A stretch of 64,000 nt of DNA, taken from positions 348,524 through 412,523 of the forward strand of contig JAJZUP010000002.1 of assembly GCA_021848465.1 (NCBI GenBank). The letters run 5' to 3'. A program made the translations under genes and the position numbers. Below the pieces are notes generated by a model, which saw nothing but the letters and a program-made list of their open reading frames with translations, ran no database searches and was not told the DNA's origin. Below are positions 48,246-57,809 of the stretch, one piece after another (the stretch's first letter is position 1; each line of letters starts with the position of its first letter). This DNA comes from Pseudomonadota bacterium. Its GTDB lineage: Bacteria > Pseudomonadota > Gammaproteobacteria > Burkholderiales > Gallionellaceae.

Positions 48246-48339
48246 GGCTACACTCCAGATGAGGTTGTGATGGAAAGCATTCTAGCCCACGCCGAAACAA
48301 TATCCAATGATCGAAATTTCGCTCCCGGCCCCGGCGCCC

Positions 48340-51300
48340 TTAACTCAGCTCCTTAAAGAAATTCACCACCGCCAGCACCCGCTGCTTCAAATCATCATGC
48401 TTCAATTCGATGCGCAGCCTGTCCTGTCCGCTCATCTTCACATAACGGCGGCTCTGGATGAGCGTGATGATCTTCATCGGGTCGATGGGCGGGTTGGGCA
48501 CGAACTGGATGACGATGGCTTCTGAGGAAGCATCCACCTTGCTGATGCCGAGCGGTTTGGCGAGCAGGCGCAGGCGGTGGCAGTCGAACAGCGCTTGCGT
48601 TGCATCCGGCAGCAGGCCGAAGCGGTCGATCAGCTCCTGCTGCATCTCTTCCAGCTCTTCGCCGGTATCGCAGTTGGCGAGGCGCTTGTAGATGATCAGC
48701 CTTTGGTGGATGTCGCCGCAGTAATCGTCCGGCAGCAGCGCGGAGGTGTGCAGGTTGATCTCCGTCGTCACGCCCAAGGGATGCGCCATGTCCGGCTCCT
48801 TGCCGGATTTCAGCGATTTGATCGCGGCATTCAACATGTCGTTATACAGGCTGAAACCGATCTCCTGCATCTCGCCGCTCTGCGATTCGCCCAGCACTTC
48901 GCCTGCGCCGCGAATCTCAAGGTCATGCATGGCGAGGAAGAAGCCGCTACCCAGTTGCTCCATGGCCTGGATGGCTTCCAGGCGTTTCTTGGCCTGCGCG
49001 GTCAACCCCTCCTTGTCGTTCACCAGCAGGTAGGCGTAGGCCTGATGGTGCGATCGGCCCACGCGGCCGCGCAACTGGTGCAACTGTGCGAGGCCGAAGC
49101 GGTCGGCGCGGTTGATGAGGATGGTATTGGCCGTCGGCACATCGATGCCGGTCTCGATGATCGTGGAGCACAGCAGCACGTTGAAGCGCTGGTGGGTGAA
49201 GTCGCGCATCACCGCTTCGAGTTCGCGTTCGCCCATTTGGCCGTGCGCCATGCGGATGCGCGCTTCGGGCAGCAGGGTCTCCAGCTTCTCCAGCATGTTG
49301 GGCATGGTGTCGACTTCGTTGTGCAGGAAGTACACCTGGCCGCCGCGCTTGAGTTCGCGCAGCACGGCTTCGCGGATCACGCCTTGCGAATAGTTGCTGA
49401 CGAAGGTCTTGATCGACAGGCGACGCTGCGGTGCGGTGGCGATCACCGAGAAATCGCGCAGGCCTTCCAGCGACATCGCCAGCGTGCGCGGGATCGGAGT
49501 GGCGGTGAGCGTGAGTACATCGACCTCGGCGCGCAATGCCTTCAATCGCTCTTTCTGCTGCACGCCGAAGCGGTGCTCTTCGTCGATGATGACGAGGCCG
49601 AGATTGTGGAACTGCACATCCTTCTGGATCAGCTTGTGCGTGCCGATGATGATGTCGATCTTGCCCTCAGACAGCTCCTTCAGCGCCTGCGTGGTCTCCT
49701 TGCCGGTGCGGAAGCGCGACAGCTCGGCCACCTTCACCGGGAAATCGGCGAAGCGGGTGGAGAAGTTCTGGTAGTGCTGCTCCACCAGCAGCGTGGTGGG
49801 GGCGAGCACGGCCACCTGCTTGCCTTCGTTGGCGGCGATGAAGGCGGCACGCAACGCGACTTCGGTCTTGCCGAAGCCCACGTCGCCGCAGATCAGGCGG
49901 TCCATCGGCCTGCCCGATTGCAGGTCGAGGATGACGGCCTCGATGGCGGCAGCCTGGTCGGCGGTCTCCTCGAAACCGAAGCCCGCCGCGAACGCCTCGT
50001 AGTCGTGGTAATCGAACTTGAAGGCATGGCCCTTGCGCAGCGCACGCTGGGCATACAGGTTGAGCAGCTCGGCGGCGGCATCGCGCACCTGCTTCATCGC
50101 GCGCTGCTTGGCCTTGTCCCATGCGCCGCTGCCCAGCTTGTGCAACGGCGCGGCTTCCGGCGCACCGCCGCTGTAGCGGCTGATCACATGCAGTTGCGAT
50201 ACCGGCACATACAGCTTGGCTTCGTCGGCGTATTCCAGCAGCAGGAATTCGTTGTCGCCGTCGCCCATGTCCAGGTTCACCAGCCCCTGATAGCGCGCGA
50301 TGCCGTGCTGCTCATGCACCACCGGATCGCCCGGCTTGAGTTCCGACAGGTCGCGCAGCATGCCTTCGACATTGGTCTTCTTGGCGGCGCGCGCCACGCG
50401 GCCGCGCGACTGGCTGGCATACAGCTCGCTTTCGGTGACGATGGCGAACTGCTCTGCGCTGAGCTGGAAGCCGTTGCTGACGGTAGCCACGCCAAGCATG
50501 AACCTCTCACGGCTGGCGAGGAAGCTTGCATAGTCTTCGCACAACACCGGCTCAAGGCCGTATTCCCTGAGATAACCGGACATCACTTCGCGCCGCCCCA
50601 GACTATCGGCCAGCAGCAGCACGCGGCCTTCGTAGCGTTGCAGGAAATCGGCGAACTTCTGCGTGGGCACCTCGGCGCGGCGATCCACCGCGATGGGCGG
50701 GATCGGAGCCGTCGGGCAGGAAATTACATTTTTTGCACCCGCCGATGATGGCTCTTGCGGGAGCGAGCCTTGCTCTCGATCTGACGACTGTTCGCGAGCA
50801 AGGCTCGCTCCTGCTGCCGGCGCATTGCCGCCGAGAATATCGATGCGGTCATACTCCTTCGCCCTGACGAAAAACTGCTCCGCACTCAGGAATAATTCCC
50901 TGGTCTCCAGCAGCGGGTGCTGCGGATCGCCTCTGAGCAGGTTGTAGCGCGAGGCTGCATCCTGCGCGAACTGCTGGATCGCACCATCGACGTCGTGGTG
51001 CAGGCACAGCGTGGCGTCCGCCGGCAGGTAGTCGAACAGCGTGGCGGTCTGCTCGAAGAACAGCGGCAGGTAATACTCGATGCCCGCCGGCGCAATGCCC
51101 TTGCTCACGTCCTTGTAGATGCGCGACTTCGAGGGATCGCCCTCGAAACGTTCGCGGAAGTTCTGGCGGAACGTGGCCTGGCCTTTGTCATCGAGCGGGA
51201 ATTCGCGCGCAGGCAGCATGCGGATTTCCGGCACGGGATAGAGCGTGCGCTGGGTATCGACATCGAAGGTGGCGATGGTCTCGATCTCGTCATCGAACAG

Positions 51301-51849
51301 GTCGATGCGATAAGGCAGCATGCTGCCCATCGGGAACAGGTCAACCAGCCCGCCCCGGATGCAGTATTCGCCGGGGGTGAGCACCTGCTGCACGTGGGTG
51401 TAGCCGGCCAGTGTCATCTGGCTGCGGAAACCATCCAGGTCGAGCGTTTCGCCCTTTTTCAGGAAGAAGGTGTAGGCCGCCATGTAGCTCACCGGCGGCA
51501 GCGGATAGAGCGCGGTGGTCACCGGCACCACCACGATGTCGCATGCCTGGGTGCGAATGTTGTGCAGCGTGGCGAGCCGCTCCGAGATCAGGTCCTGGTG
51601 CGGCGAAAAATGATCGTACGGCAGGGTTTCCCAGTCCGGCAGCAAGTGCGCCTTCACCTCCGGCGCAAAAAACGGGATTTCCTCCACCAGCCGCTGCGCT
51701 TCCAGCGCGTTGGCAGCGATCACCACCAGCAGTTGTTTCTGTTGTTGTGCAAGTTGGGCGAGCGCCAGCGCATCGGAAGAACCGTGCAGCCCACCATAGC
51801 GGGGGCGCGAATGTGTTGAAGTGAACAGCATAGGAACAGCCTGAAACAA
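48340..51849 (-). CDS. mfd: Transcription-repair coupling factor Mfd
   Basis: Helicase motifs LICGDVGFGKTEVALRA, IIDEEHRFGV and TATPIPRTL are present. A CarD-like region (PGDPVVHEQHGIARY) is also present. The protein is 1,169 aa. The start may be the second Met at 51831. Confidence 0.95.
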   Translation of the reverse strand: MFQAVPMLFTSTHSRPRYGGLHGSSDALALAQLAQQQKQLLVVIAANALEAQRLVEEIPFFAPEVKAHLLPDWETLPYDHFSPHQDLISERLATLHNIRTQACDIVVVPVTTALYPLPPVSYMAAYTFFLKKGETLDLDGFRSQMTLAGYTHVQQVLTPGEYCIRGGLVDLFPMGSMLPYRIDLFDDEIETIATFDVDTQRTLYPVPEIRMLPAREFPLDDKGQATFRQNFRERFEGDPSKSRIYKDVSKGIAPAGIEYYLPLFFEQTATLFDYLPADATLCLHHDVDGAIQQFAQDAASRYNLLRGDPQHPLLETRELFLSAEQFFVRAKEYDRIDILGGNAPAAGASLAREQSSDREQGSLPQEPSSAGAKNVISCPTAPIPPIAVDRRAEVPTQKFADFLQRYEGRVLLLADSLGRREVMSGYLREYGLEPVLCEDYASFLASRERFMLGVATVSNGFQLSAEQFAIVTESELYASQSRGRVARAAKKTNVEGMLRDLSELKPGDPVVHEQHGIARYQGLVNLDMGDGDNEFLLLEYADEAKLYVPVSQLHVISRYSGGAPEAAPLHKLGSGAWDKAKQRAMKQVRDAAAELLNLYAQRALRKGHAFKFDYHDYEAFAAGFGFEETADQAAAIEAVILDLQSGRPMDRLICGDVGFGKTEVALRAAFIAANEGKQVAVLAPTTLLVEQHYQNFSTRFADFPVKVAELSRFRTGKETTQALKELSEGKIDIIIGTHKLIQKDVQFHNLGLVIIDEEHRFGVQQKERLKALRAEVDVLTLTATPIPRTLAMSLEGLRDFSVIATAPQRRLSIKTFVSNYSQGVIREAVLRELKRGGQVYFLHNEVDTMPNMLEKLETLLPEARIRMAHGQMGERELEAVMRDFTHQRFNVLLCSTIIETGIDVPTANTILINRADRFGLAQLHQLRGRVGRSHHQAYAYLLVNDKEGLTAQAKKRLEAIQAMEQLGSGFFLAMHDLEIRGAGEVLGESQSGEMQEIGFSLYNDMLNAAIKSLKSGKEPDMAHPLGVTTEINLHTSALLPDDYCGDIHQRLIIYKRLANCDTGEELEEMQQELIDRFGLLPDATQALFDCHRLRLLAKPLGISKVDASSEAIVIQFVPNPPIDPMKIITLIQSRRYVKMSGQDRLRIELKHDDLKQRVLAVVNFFKELS

Positions 51850-51941
51850 AGGCCAATATTATACCTTCCCTGCTGCCCTCCCTCATGTATTATCATGGGA
51901 AAAACTATCGGCTGTGATGACACCCGGGGGCTGCACCGAAC

Positions 51942-53594
51942 ATGGAACAGGAACAGCAAATACTCACCATTCTCTATTCGATCACGCTGGCCATCGGCAG
52001 CGAGGTGAGCCTGAAACCCTTGCTGACGAAAACCTTGCAGCAATTGCTGTATCACACCTCATTTCCGGCCGGGTTGGTGTTTCTCGACCTGCCGCCACGA
52101 ACCGATATTCCCCGCCTCGATGTACGGCTCGATGCCACCGTCGGGGATTACCAGCTGAACGAGCGTATCGGGCAATTGATGTCACTGCCCTCCGAGCTGT
52201 TGTACGGCCCGGCAGAACTGCGCGAAGCGCCGGCCCTGCTCGCCTCGTTGGCACAGGAGGGATGCATCTACACCCATTTCCTGCGCCTGCCGATCGGGCA
52301 GACCGGCGTCATCCTGCTGCTTGCCCCGAAGCCGCCCCACACCGAGCTGCCGCTCACGCGCATTTTCCTGCCGGTGCTGGCAAACCTTGAAAAATCGATC
52401 CTGCTGTGCCGCCAGCACGATGCCTACAATGCCGAGTTGATCGCCGAACGCAACATTGCCTGGGAAAGTTTGCGCCGGGTCAACCGCGCACTGAAGACAC
52501 TCAGCTCGGGTAATGAAGTATTGGTGCGCGCCAGCGATGAACACAAATTGCTGCAGGAGATGTGCCGGGTGATCGTCGCGGTCGGCGGCTACCATATCGC
52601 ATGGGTTGGCTTTGCCGAACAGAACGCGCAAAAAACCATACGCCCGGTGGCACAACATGGCATCCCGGCGGAATACCTCGCCAAGCTGCGTTTCTCCTGG
52701 GGCACGGACGAGTTCGGCCGCGGCCCGACCGGCACTGCGATACGCAGCGGCGAGCCCCAGATCATTGCCGACGCCTACACCGATCCGCGCTTTGCCCCAT
52801 GGCAAACCGAAGCCGTGGCAAGCAAATGCGCTTCGGTTTTGGCGCTGCCATTGATCGACAACAATCACCATGTCTTTGGCGCGCTCACCATCGACACCCC
52901 GGAGCCAAATGCGTTCGACAAGGAAGAAATCCGGCTGCTGCGCGAGCTTGCCAACGACCTTTCCTACGGCATCGTTAACCTGCGCAACCGTGAGGACCAA
53001 CTACACAGTGCCGCACAAATTGCCAAAGGGCTGGAAGACACTATCCAGGCGATTGCCGCCACGGTGGAAATGCGCGATCCCTACACTGCCGGTCACCAGC
53101 GCCGCGTCGCGCAACTGGCGGCCGCCATTGCCAGCGAGATGGGCATGGATGCCGAACGCGTTCATGGCATCCGGCTCGCGAGCACGGTGCATGACATCGG
53201 CAAGATCGGCGTCCCGGCGGAGATTCTCAGCAAGCCGATGCGACTATCCGAGCTTGAATACAAGATCGTGCAGGAACATGCCACGATGGGTTACAACATC
53301 ATCAAGGATGTAAGTTTCCCCTGGCCCATCGCGGAAATCGCGCACCAGCATCATGAGCGCATGGACGGCTCCGGCTATCCGCTCGGCTTGCATGGCGAAA
53401 GCATCTTGCTGGAAGCGCGGATTGTCGCGGTGGCCGATGTGGTGGAGTCGATGGCGTCACACCGGCCCTACCGCGCCGGGCTCGGCATCGCCGCCGCGCT
53501 GGAGGAAATCTCGCGCAACCGTGGCAGGCTCTACGATGCCGACGCGGTCGATGCCTGCACCAGGATCATCGGCAGCGGTTTCAGTTTCAACTAG
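51942..53594 (+). CDS. GAF-domain HD-GYP c-di-GMP phosphodiesterase-type protein
   Basis: HDIGKIGVP and HHERMDGSGYP (HD-GYP) are present, with N-terminal GAF-like regions. Confidence 0.88.
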   Translation: MEQEQQILTILYSITLAIGSEVSLKPLLTKTLQQLLYHTSFPAGLVFLDLPPRTDIPRLDVRLDATVGDYQLNERIGQLMSLPSELLYGPAELREAPALLASLAQEGCIYTHFLRLPIGQTGVILLLAPKPPHTELPLTRIFLPVLANLEKSILLCRQHDAYNAELIAERNIAWESLRRVNRALKTLSSGNEVLVRASDEHKLLQEMCRVIVAVGGYHIAWVGFAEQNAQKTIRPVAQHGIPAEYLAKLRFSWGTDEFGRGPTGTAIRSGEPQIIADAYTDPRFAPWQTEAVASKCASVLALPLIDNNHHVFGALTIDTPEPNAFDKEEIRLLRELANDLSYGIVNLRNREDQLHSAAQIAKGLEDTIQAIAATVEMRDPYTAGHQRRVAQLAAAIASEMGMDAERVHGIRLASTVHDIGKIGVPAEILSKPMRLSELEYKIVQEHATMGYNIIKDVSFPWPIAEIAHQHHERMDGSGYPLGLHGESILLEARIVAVADVVESMASHRPYRAGLGIAAALEEISRNRGRLYDADAVDACTRIIGSGFSFN

Positions 53595-53608
53595 CGACCT
53601 GCTGCAAC

Positions 53609-54397
53609 TTACATATTGCGGCTTTTCTTGACGAGGTCGTAGGCCAACTGGATTTCCTTGGCCTGCTCGGTCGCCATGGCGATCATGTCTTCCGGCACGC
53701 CCTGCCCCATCAACTTGTCCGGATGGTATTGACTCATCAACTTGCGGTAGGCGCGCTTCACCTCCGCATCGCTGCTGTCCTTGTTCACGCCCAGTGCCTG
53801 GTAGGCATCTTCCAGCGCCTTGGCCGGATCGACCTGGCCCGCACCGAAATGCACCTGGTTGCGCACCATGTTCAGGATGTGCTGGAACGCTTGCGGCCCA
53901 AAGCCCAAGCGACCGGCAACATCTGTCAGCAATGCCTCTTCCGCAGGGTGAAAATTGCCATCGGCATGCGCCATGATGATCAGGTACACCAACAACACCT
54001 GCTTGAGGTCGCGGGTGTGCCCGCATACCCGCATGAAGCGTGCATAGGTCTGCCCCAGATCGAAATCCGGATCGGCCCCCTGCTTGAACCATACAATCGC
54101 TTGCTGCCGGTGCTGCTCAGTCATGCCCAGCTTCTGCATGAATTGCTCGACATGGTCGATTTCATTCTGCGACACATGCCCGTCTGCCTTGGCAAGCTTA
54201 CCCATCGAGATGAACAGCGTTTCGAGGAACACCGCCTGACGCATGGCATTCTGCAGCGGGTTCATTGCACCGCTGCCATACACCCTTACCCGATCAATGA
54301 TCGAACCCAAAAAGAAGCCTAACAGGCCGCCCCAAATTCCGAGCAGCAGGAAACCCGTAATTGCACCAATAAGCTTGAACACAACGACTCCAGACAA
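53609..54397 (-). CDS. djlA: Co-chaperone DjlA
   Basis: An N-terminal TM (IGAITGFLLLGIWGGLLGFFLG), a TerB-like middle and a C-terminal J domain (AYRKLMSQYHPDKL) are present. It is colinear with E. coli DjlA. Confidence 0.9.
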   Translation of the reverse strand: MSGVVVFKLIGAITGFLLLGIWGGLLGFFLGSIIDRVRVYGSGAMNPLQNAMRQAVFLETLFISMGKLAKADGHVSQNEIDHVEQFMQKLGMTEQHRQQAIVWFKQGADPDFDLGQTYARFMRVCGHTRDLKQVLLVYLIIMAHADGNFHPAEEALLTDVAGRLGFGPQAFQHILNMVRNQVHFGAGQVDPAKALEDAYQALGVNKDSSDAEVKRAYRKLMSQYHPDKLMGQGVPEDMIAMATEQAKEIQLAYDLVKKSRNM

Positions 54398-54586
54398 GAG
54401 TTATAAAAATCGAGCGGGCGCCATTATACAGGCCCCGCTTTAATCATCCCTATTCCGGCACTTTCCTATCAGCCTAGATAGGTACGCAACGCTTTGTATT
54501 TTGTTAACTTACGCTCCAATTATGCATACAGGATAGTCCGCGCATCCTGCCCAGCCCCAGTCAACTCAAGCTCCGGAAAACACGCC

Positions 54587-56869
54587 ATGCTCATTTCCGT
54601 CGTCAACCGCTCCAAACGCTACAGCGATGCCGAAGTCCTGCAAGCCATCCGGGCGATCAACCGCCAGATCAAGGAAGATTTCGAACCCTACTGGAGCCTC
54701 GGCGCCACCTTGCGTCTGGAGGGCGCGGTGGGCAACAGGGCCGACACCGCCAAGCTCAGCGACATGCGCGGCGATGCCGTGCTCTATCTGGCCGACAAGG
54801 CCGATATCGCCGATGCGTTGGGCTACCACGAAAGCAATTTCCGCGGCATCCCGTTCGGTTTCGTCTTCACCGACCTGTGCCGCCAGATGAAGGAAAGCTG
54901 GACCGTCACGCTGTCGCATGAAGCGCTGGAACTGATCGGCGATGCGCAGGGCAACCTGCTGGTGCAAGGCCCGCATCCTGCCCACCCGCAGCAACAGGTG
55001 TTCCACTGGTTCGAGATGTGCGATGCGGTGCAGTCGCTGAGCTACAAAATCGACGATGTGGAGGTTTCCGATTTCGTGCTGCCGCTGTATTTCACGCCTG
55101 GCGAACAGGAAGGCGGACGCAACGATTTCCTCGGCACCCGCGGCCTGAAATCCTTCGGCGTTGCAACAGGCGGTTATGTCGGGTTCTACGATCCCAAGAC
55201 CAGTCTTCATGACACCTATGCCGCACCGGAAGACAAGCAGGCGCAACAGCGCATCGCCCTCAAGAACAAGCTCAAGGTGGGGCGCGGTTATGTGCGTAAA
55301 CGCAGTGAAGCCACCACCACGCGCGAAGCGGCACACGCCCAGGCCATCGACCCAATCCGCCACATCGTAGTGCTGATGCTGGAGAACCGCTCCTTCGACC
55401 ACATGCTGGGAGATGCCACAAAACTGTATTCCGATCTTGCAGGCATCCCGCAGACCGGCCCTAAATATTCCAATGCAGGCAAGGATGGCACGCCCTACTC
55501 CCAGCATGGCCGCAAACGGGGCGACAACACCCCTTACCCTGCGGACTTCGACCTGCCGCATGAATTCGACGACGTGAAAGTGCAACTCGGCACTGCGGAC
55601 AACCCGATGAGCGGCTTCATCCAGGCCTTCCAGGCCTCCGCCCCAGGAAAAAAATATTCCGACATGGCCGATGAAGTGATGGTGTATTACGAAATGGGCG
55701 ACACACCTGAGCAGGACAGCCTGCCCGCCCTGCATGCGCTGGCGCGCAACTTCCTGATCTGCGACCACTGGTTTTCTGCCATGCCGGGGCCAACCTGGCC
55801 TAACCGTTTCTTCATGCACAGCGGCACCTGCCTTGGGCGGGTGGACATGCCGTCGCGCGACAATCTCAAACCGCTGTGGCCGCCCTACGATCAGGACACG
55901 CTCTACGACCGGCTCAGCGATGCCGACAAGAAATGGCGCATCTATCATGATGGCGTGCCGCAAAGCATCGTGATGAAACATATGTGGCTGCAATACGGCA
56001 TCAGCCTCATCACCGACCGCTACGCCGCCATGGACGATTTCGAGGAAGATGCGCAGGACGAAGCCAACTTCCCGGAATATGTTTTCATCGAGCCCAACTA
56101 CGGCTTCTTCGGCGAAATCGGCAACGACCAGCATCCGCCGTCGGATGTGCTGCGCGGCGACGCCTTGATTTCACGCGTCTACAACACGCTGCGCAAGAAT
56201 GAAGACCTGTGGAATTCCACCCTGCTGATCGTCACCTACGATGAGCATGGCGGTTTCTACGACCATGTGCCGCCGCCCGCCACCGTTGCGCCGGACAATA
56301 ACAACCCGCAGGATTTCCTGCGCCTCGGCGTGCGCGTACCCACGCTGCTGGTTTCACCTTGGGTGGACAAGGGCGTATGCAGCACGATCTTCGACCATAC
56401 CAGCGTGCTGCGCTATGCCTGCGACAAATGGAACATGCCGCAACTCAGCGCGCGCGCCCTGCCCAGCGCTGGGGACTGCCAGGCCAACAGCCTGCTACCT
56501 GAAATGGTGAAGCGCTCAAGCCCGCGCGACGACACGCCCTCCACCATCCCGATGGTCTCCGCTGCTGCCACCTCCACGCGCGGACGCATGGCCGCAAAAG
56601 CGCCGGCACTCACGCTGCCGCAAGGCAACACGCAACCCATGCAAGGCGCCAACGAAGCCATGATGAGCTTCCTCGCCAGCCTGCCCGACGCCACCGCGAC
56701 AGCGCTGCACGCCGCCAAGCAGACCAAAGCGCCAGCTCCCCTGAAACTGGGCGATGCCGAGCTGCGCAAACAAGCCCAGGCGCGCTTCGGCAAGCTGTTG
56801 CCCCCCCAGCCCCATAAACGGACGCGCATTCCAGCCCGGAAAGCGCGCGGACGCAAAGCTGGAACCTGA
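54587..56869 (+). CDS. Phosphoesterase/phospholipase-C-family protein with an unassigned ~265-aa N-terminal domain
   Basis: The phosphoesterase core starts at IRHIVVLMLENRSFDHMLG, about residue 260 of the product, followed by YDEHGGFYDHV. The N-terminal domain (54587 to about 55384) has no signal peptide and contains SHEALELIGD. Start chosen at the internal ATG 54587. Confidence 0.8.
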   Translation: MLISVVNRSKRYSDAEVLQAIRAINRQIKEDFEPYWSLGATLRLEGAVGNRADTAKLSDMRGDAVLYLADKADIADALGYHESNFRGIPFGFVFTDLCRQMKESWTVTLSHEALELIGDAQGNLLVQGPHPAHPQQQVFHWFEMCDAVQSLSYKIDDVEVSDFVLPLYFTPGEQEGGRNDFLGTRGLKSFGVATGGYVGFYDPKTSLHDTYAAPEDKQAQQRIALKNKLKVGRGYVRKRSEATTTREAAHAQAIDPIRHIVVLMLENRSFDHMLGDATKLYSDLAGIPQTGPKYSNAGKDGTPYSQHGRKRGDNTPYPADFDLPHEFDDVKVQLGTADNPMSGFIQAFQASAPGKKYSDMADEVMVYYEMGDTPEQDSLPALHALARNFLICDHWFSAMPGPTWPNRFFMHSGTCLGRVDMPSRDNLKPLWPPYDQDTLYDRLSDADKKWRIYHDGVPQSIVMKHMWLQYGISLITDRYAAMDDFEEDAQDEANFPEYVFIEPNYGFFGEIGNDQHPPSDVLRGDALISRVYNTLRKNEDLWNSTLLIVTYDEHGGFYDHVPPPATVAPDNNNPQDFLRLGVRVPTLLVSPWVDKGVCSTIFDHTSVLRYACDKWNMPQLSARALPSAGDCQANSLLPEMVKRSSPRDDTPSTIPMVSAAATSTRGRMAAKAPALTLPQGNTQPMQGANEAMMSFLASLPDATATALHAAKQTKAPAPLKLGDAELRKQAQARFGKLLPPQPHKRTRIPARKARGRKAGT

Positions 56870-56886
56870 GCACAGGAGAAAACACC

Positions 56887-57747
56887 ATGTCCATTTCTCA
56901 ACCCTGGCGCGATTTGCTGTACCCCGGAGAGGCCACGGATTTTTTCGCTCGCGCGTCATTCCCGCCGTTCGAACCCGATGCAAAAGGTTTCAGCCGCGCG
57001 AATGCCTTGTGGCTGGCCGAGTTCAGCCGCCTGATCTACCGCCACGACCTGAAAGAGGGACCGCCGTTCCAGATTCCAAGCCTGGACGATTTTCTCGTGC
57101 GCATCGGCTTTACCAAGCAATTCTTTTTCCAGTCACACAAGAAAGACACACAGGCCGTGCTCGCCTACACTGCCAAGCCGGTTGAGTTTGCGGTACTGGC
57201 ATTCCGGGGAACGGAACAGACCAGCGGAGACTTCGAGACCGACCTGAAACTCTGGAAAAATTTCCTGTCCTTCGCGAAATCGCCCCTTCGCTCCCCCAGC
57301 CAGAGCCAGGCTTGGGTACATGCCGGATTTCGCGAGGCGCTCGATGCCATATGGCAAGACGTTAAAATCCAGCTTGCCCAACTCCCGCGCAGTTGTCCGG
57401 TTTTCTTCACCGGGCACAGCCTCGGGGCGGCGCTGGCCACACTGGCCGCCGCGCGCCATACCCCGCGTGCGGTGTACACGTTCGGTTCGCCGCGGGTCGG
57501 CAACCGGGCCTTTGCCGAGCAATTGTCCGGCATCCCGATTTTCCGCGTGATCGATGACAAGGACATCGTCACGCAATTGCCGCCGGAAAAAATCTGGTTC
57601 AGGAAAACCGGTTTTGTCCATGTTGGCGAAGAGTTCCACATCGGCAGCGAGCACCCTTCGCCCGATGCCCCCCTTCTGGACGCCTGGCAAATGCCGCCCA
57701 AACCTTTCCTTGACCATGCCCCGATTTGTTATGTCAGTCGACTATAA
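56887..57747 (+). CDS. Class 3 (Lipase_3) lipase-family protein
   Basis: FFTGHSLGAALATLAA is the nucleophile elbow and the upstream AFRGTE pattern is present. Confidence 0.85.
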   Translation: MSISQPWRDLLYPGEATDFFARASFPPFEPDAKGFSRANALWLAEFSRLIYRHDLKEGPPFQIPSLDDFLVRIGFTKQFFFQSHKKDTQAVLAYTAKPVEFAVLAFRGTEQTSGDFETDLKLWKNFLSFAKSPLRSPSQSQAWVHAGFREALDAIWQDVKIQLAQLPRSCPVFFTGHSLGAALATLAAARHTPRAVYTFGSPRVGNRAFAEQLSGIPIFRVIDDKDIVTQLPPEKIWFRKTGFVHVGEEFHIGSEHPSPDAPLLDAWQMPPKPFLDHAPICYVSRL

Positions 57748-57809
57748 GGCCTCGTGCCGCAAGCCGCTATTCAGTTAAAATCACCCTGGCAACGGAGGCC
57801 TGTTCACTC

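Noticed and set aside
48577-50748. 723-aa plus-strand ORF antisense to mfd
   Set aside because: This is a shadow ORF typical of high-G+C DNA. Its composition is Arg/His/Gln/Ala/Gly-rich and low-complexity, and the opposite strand encodes an unmistakable Mfd.
54566-56134. 522-aa minus-strand ORF antisense to the PLC-family gene
   Set aside because: It is a shadow ORF in high-G+C DNA. The phosphoesterase motifs are on the plus strand.
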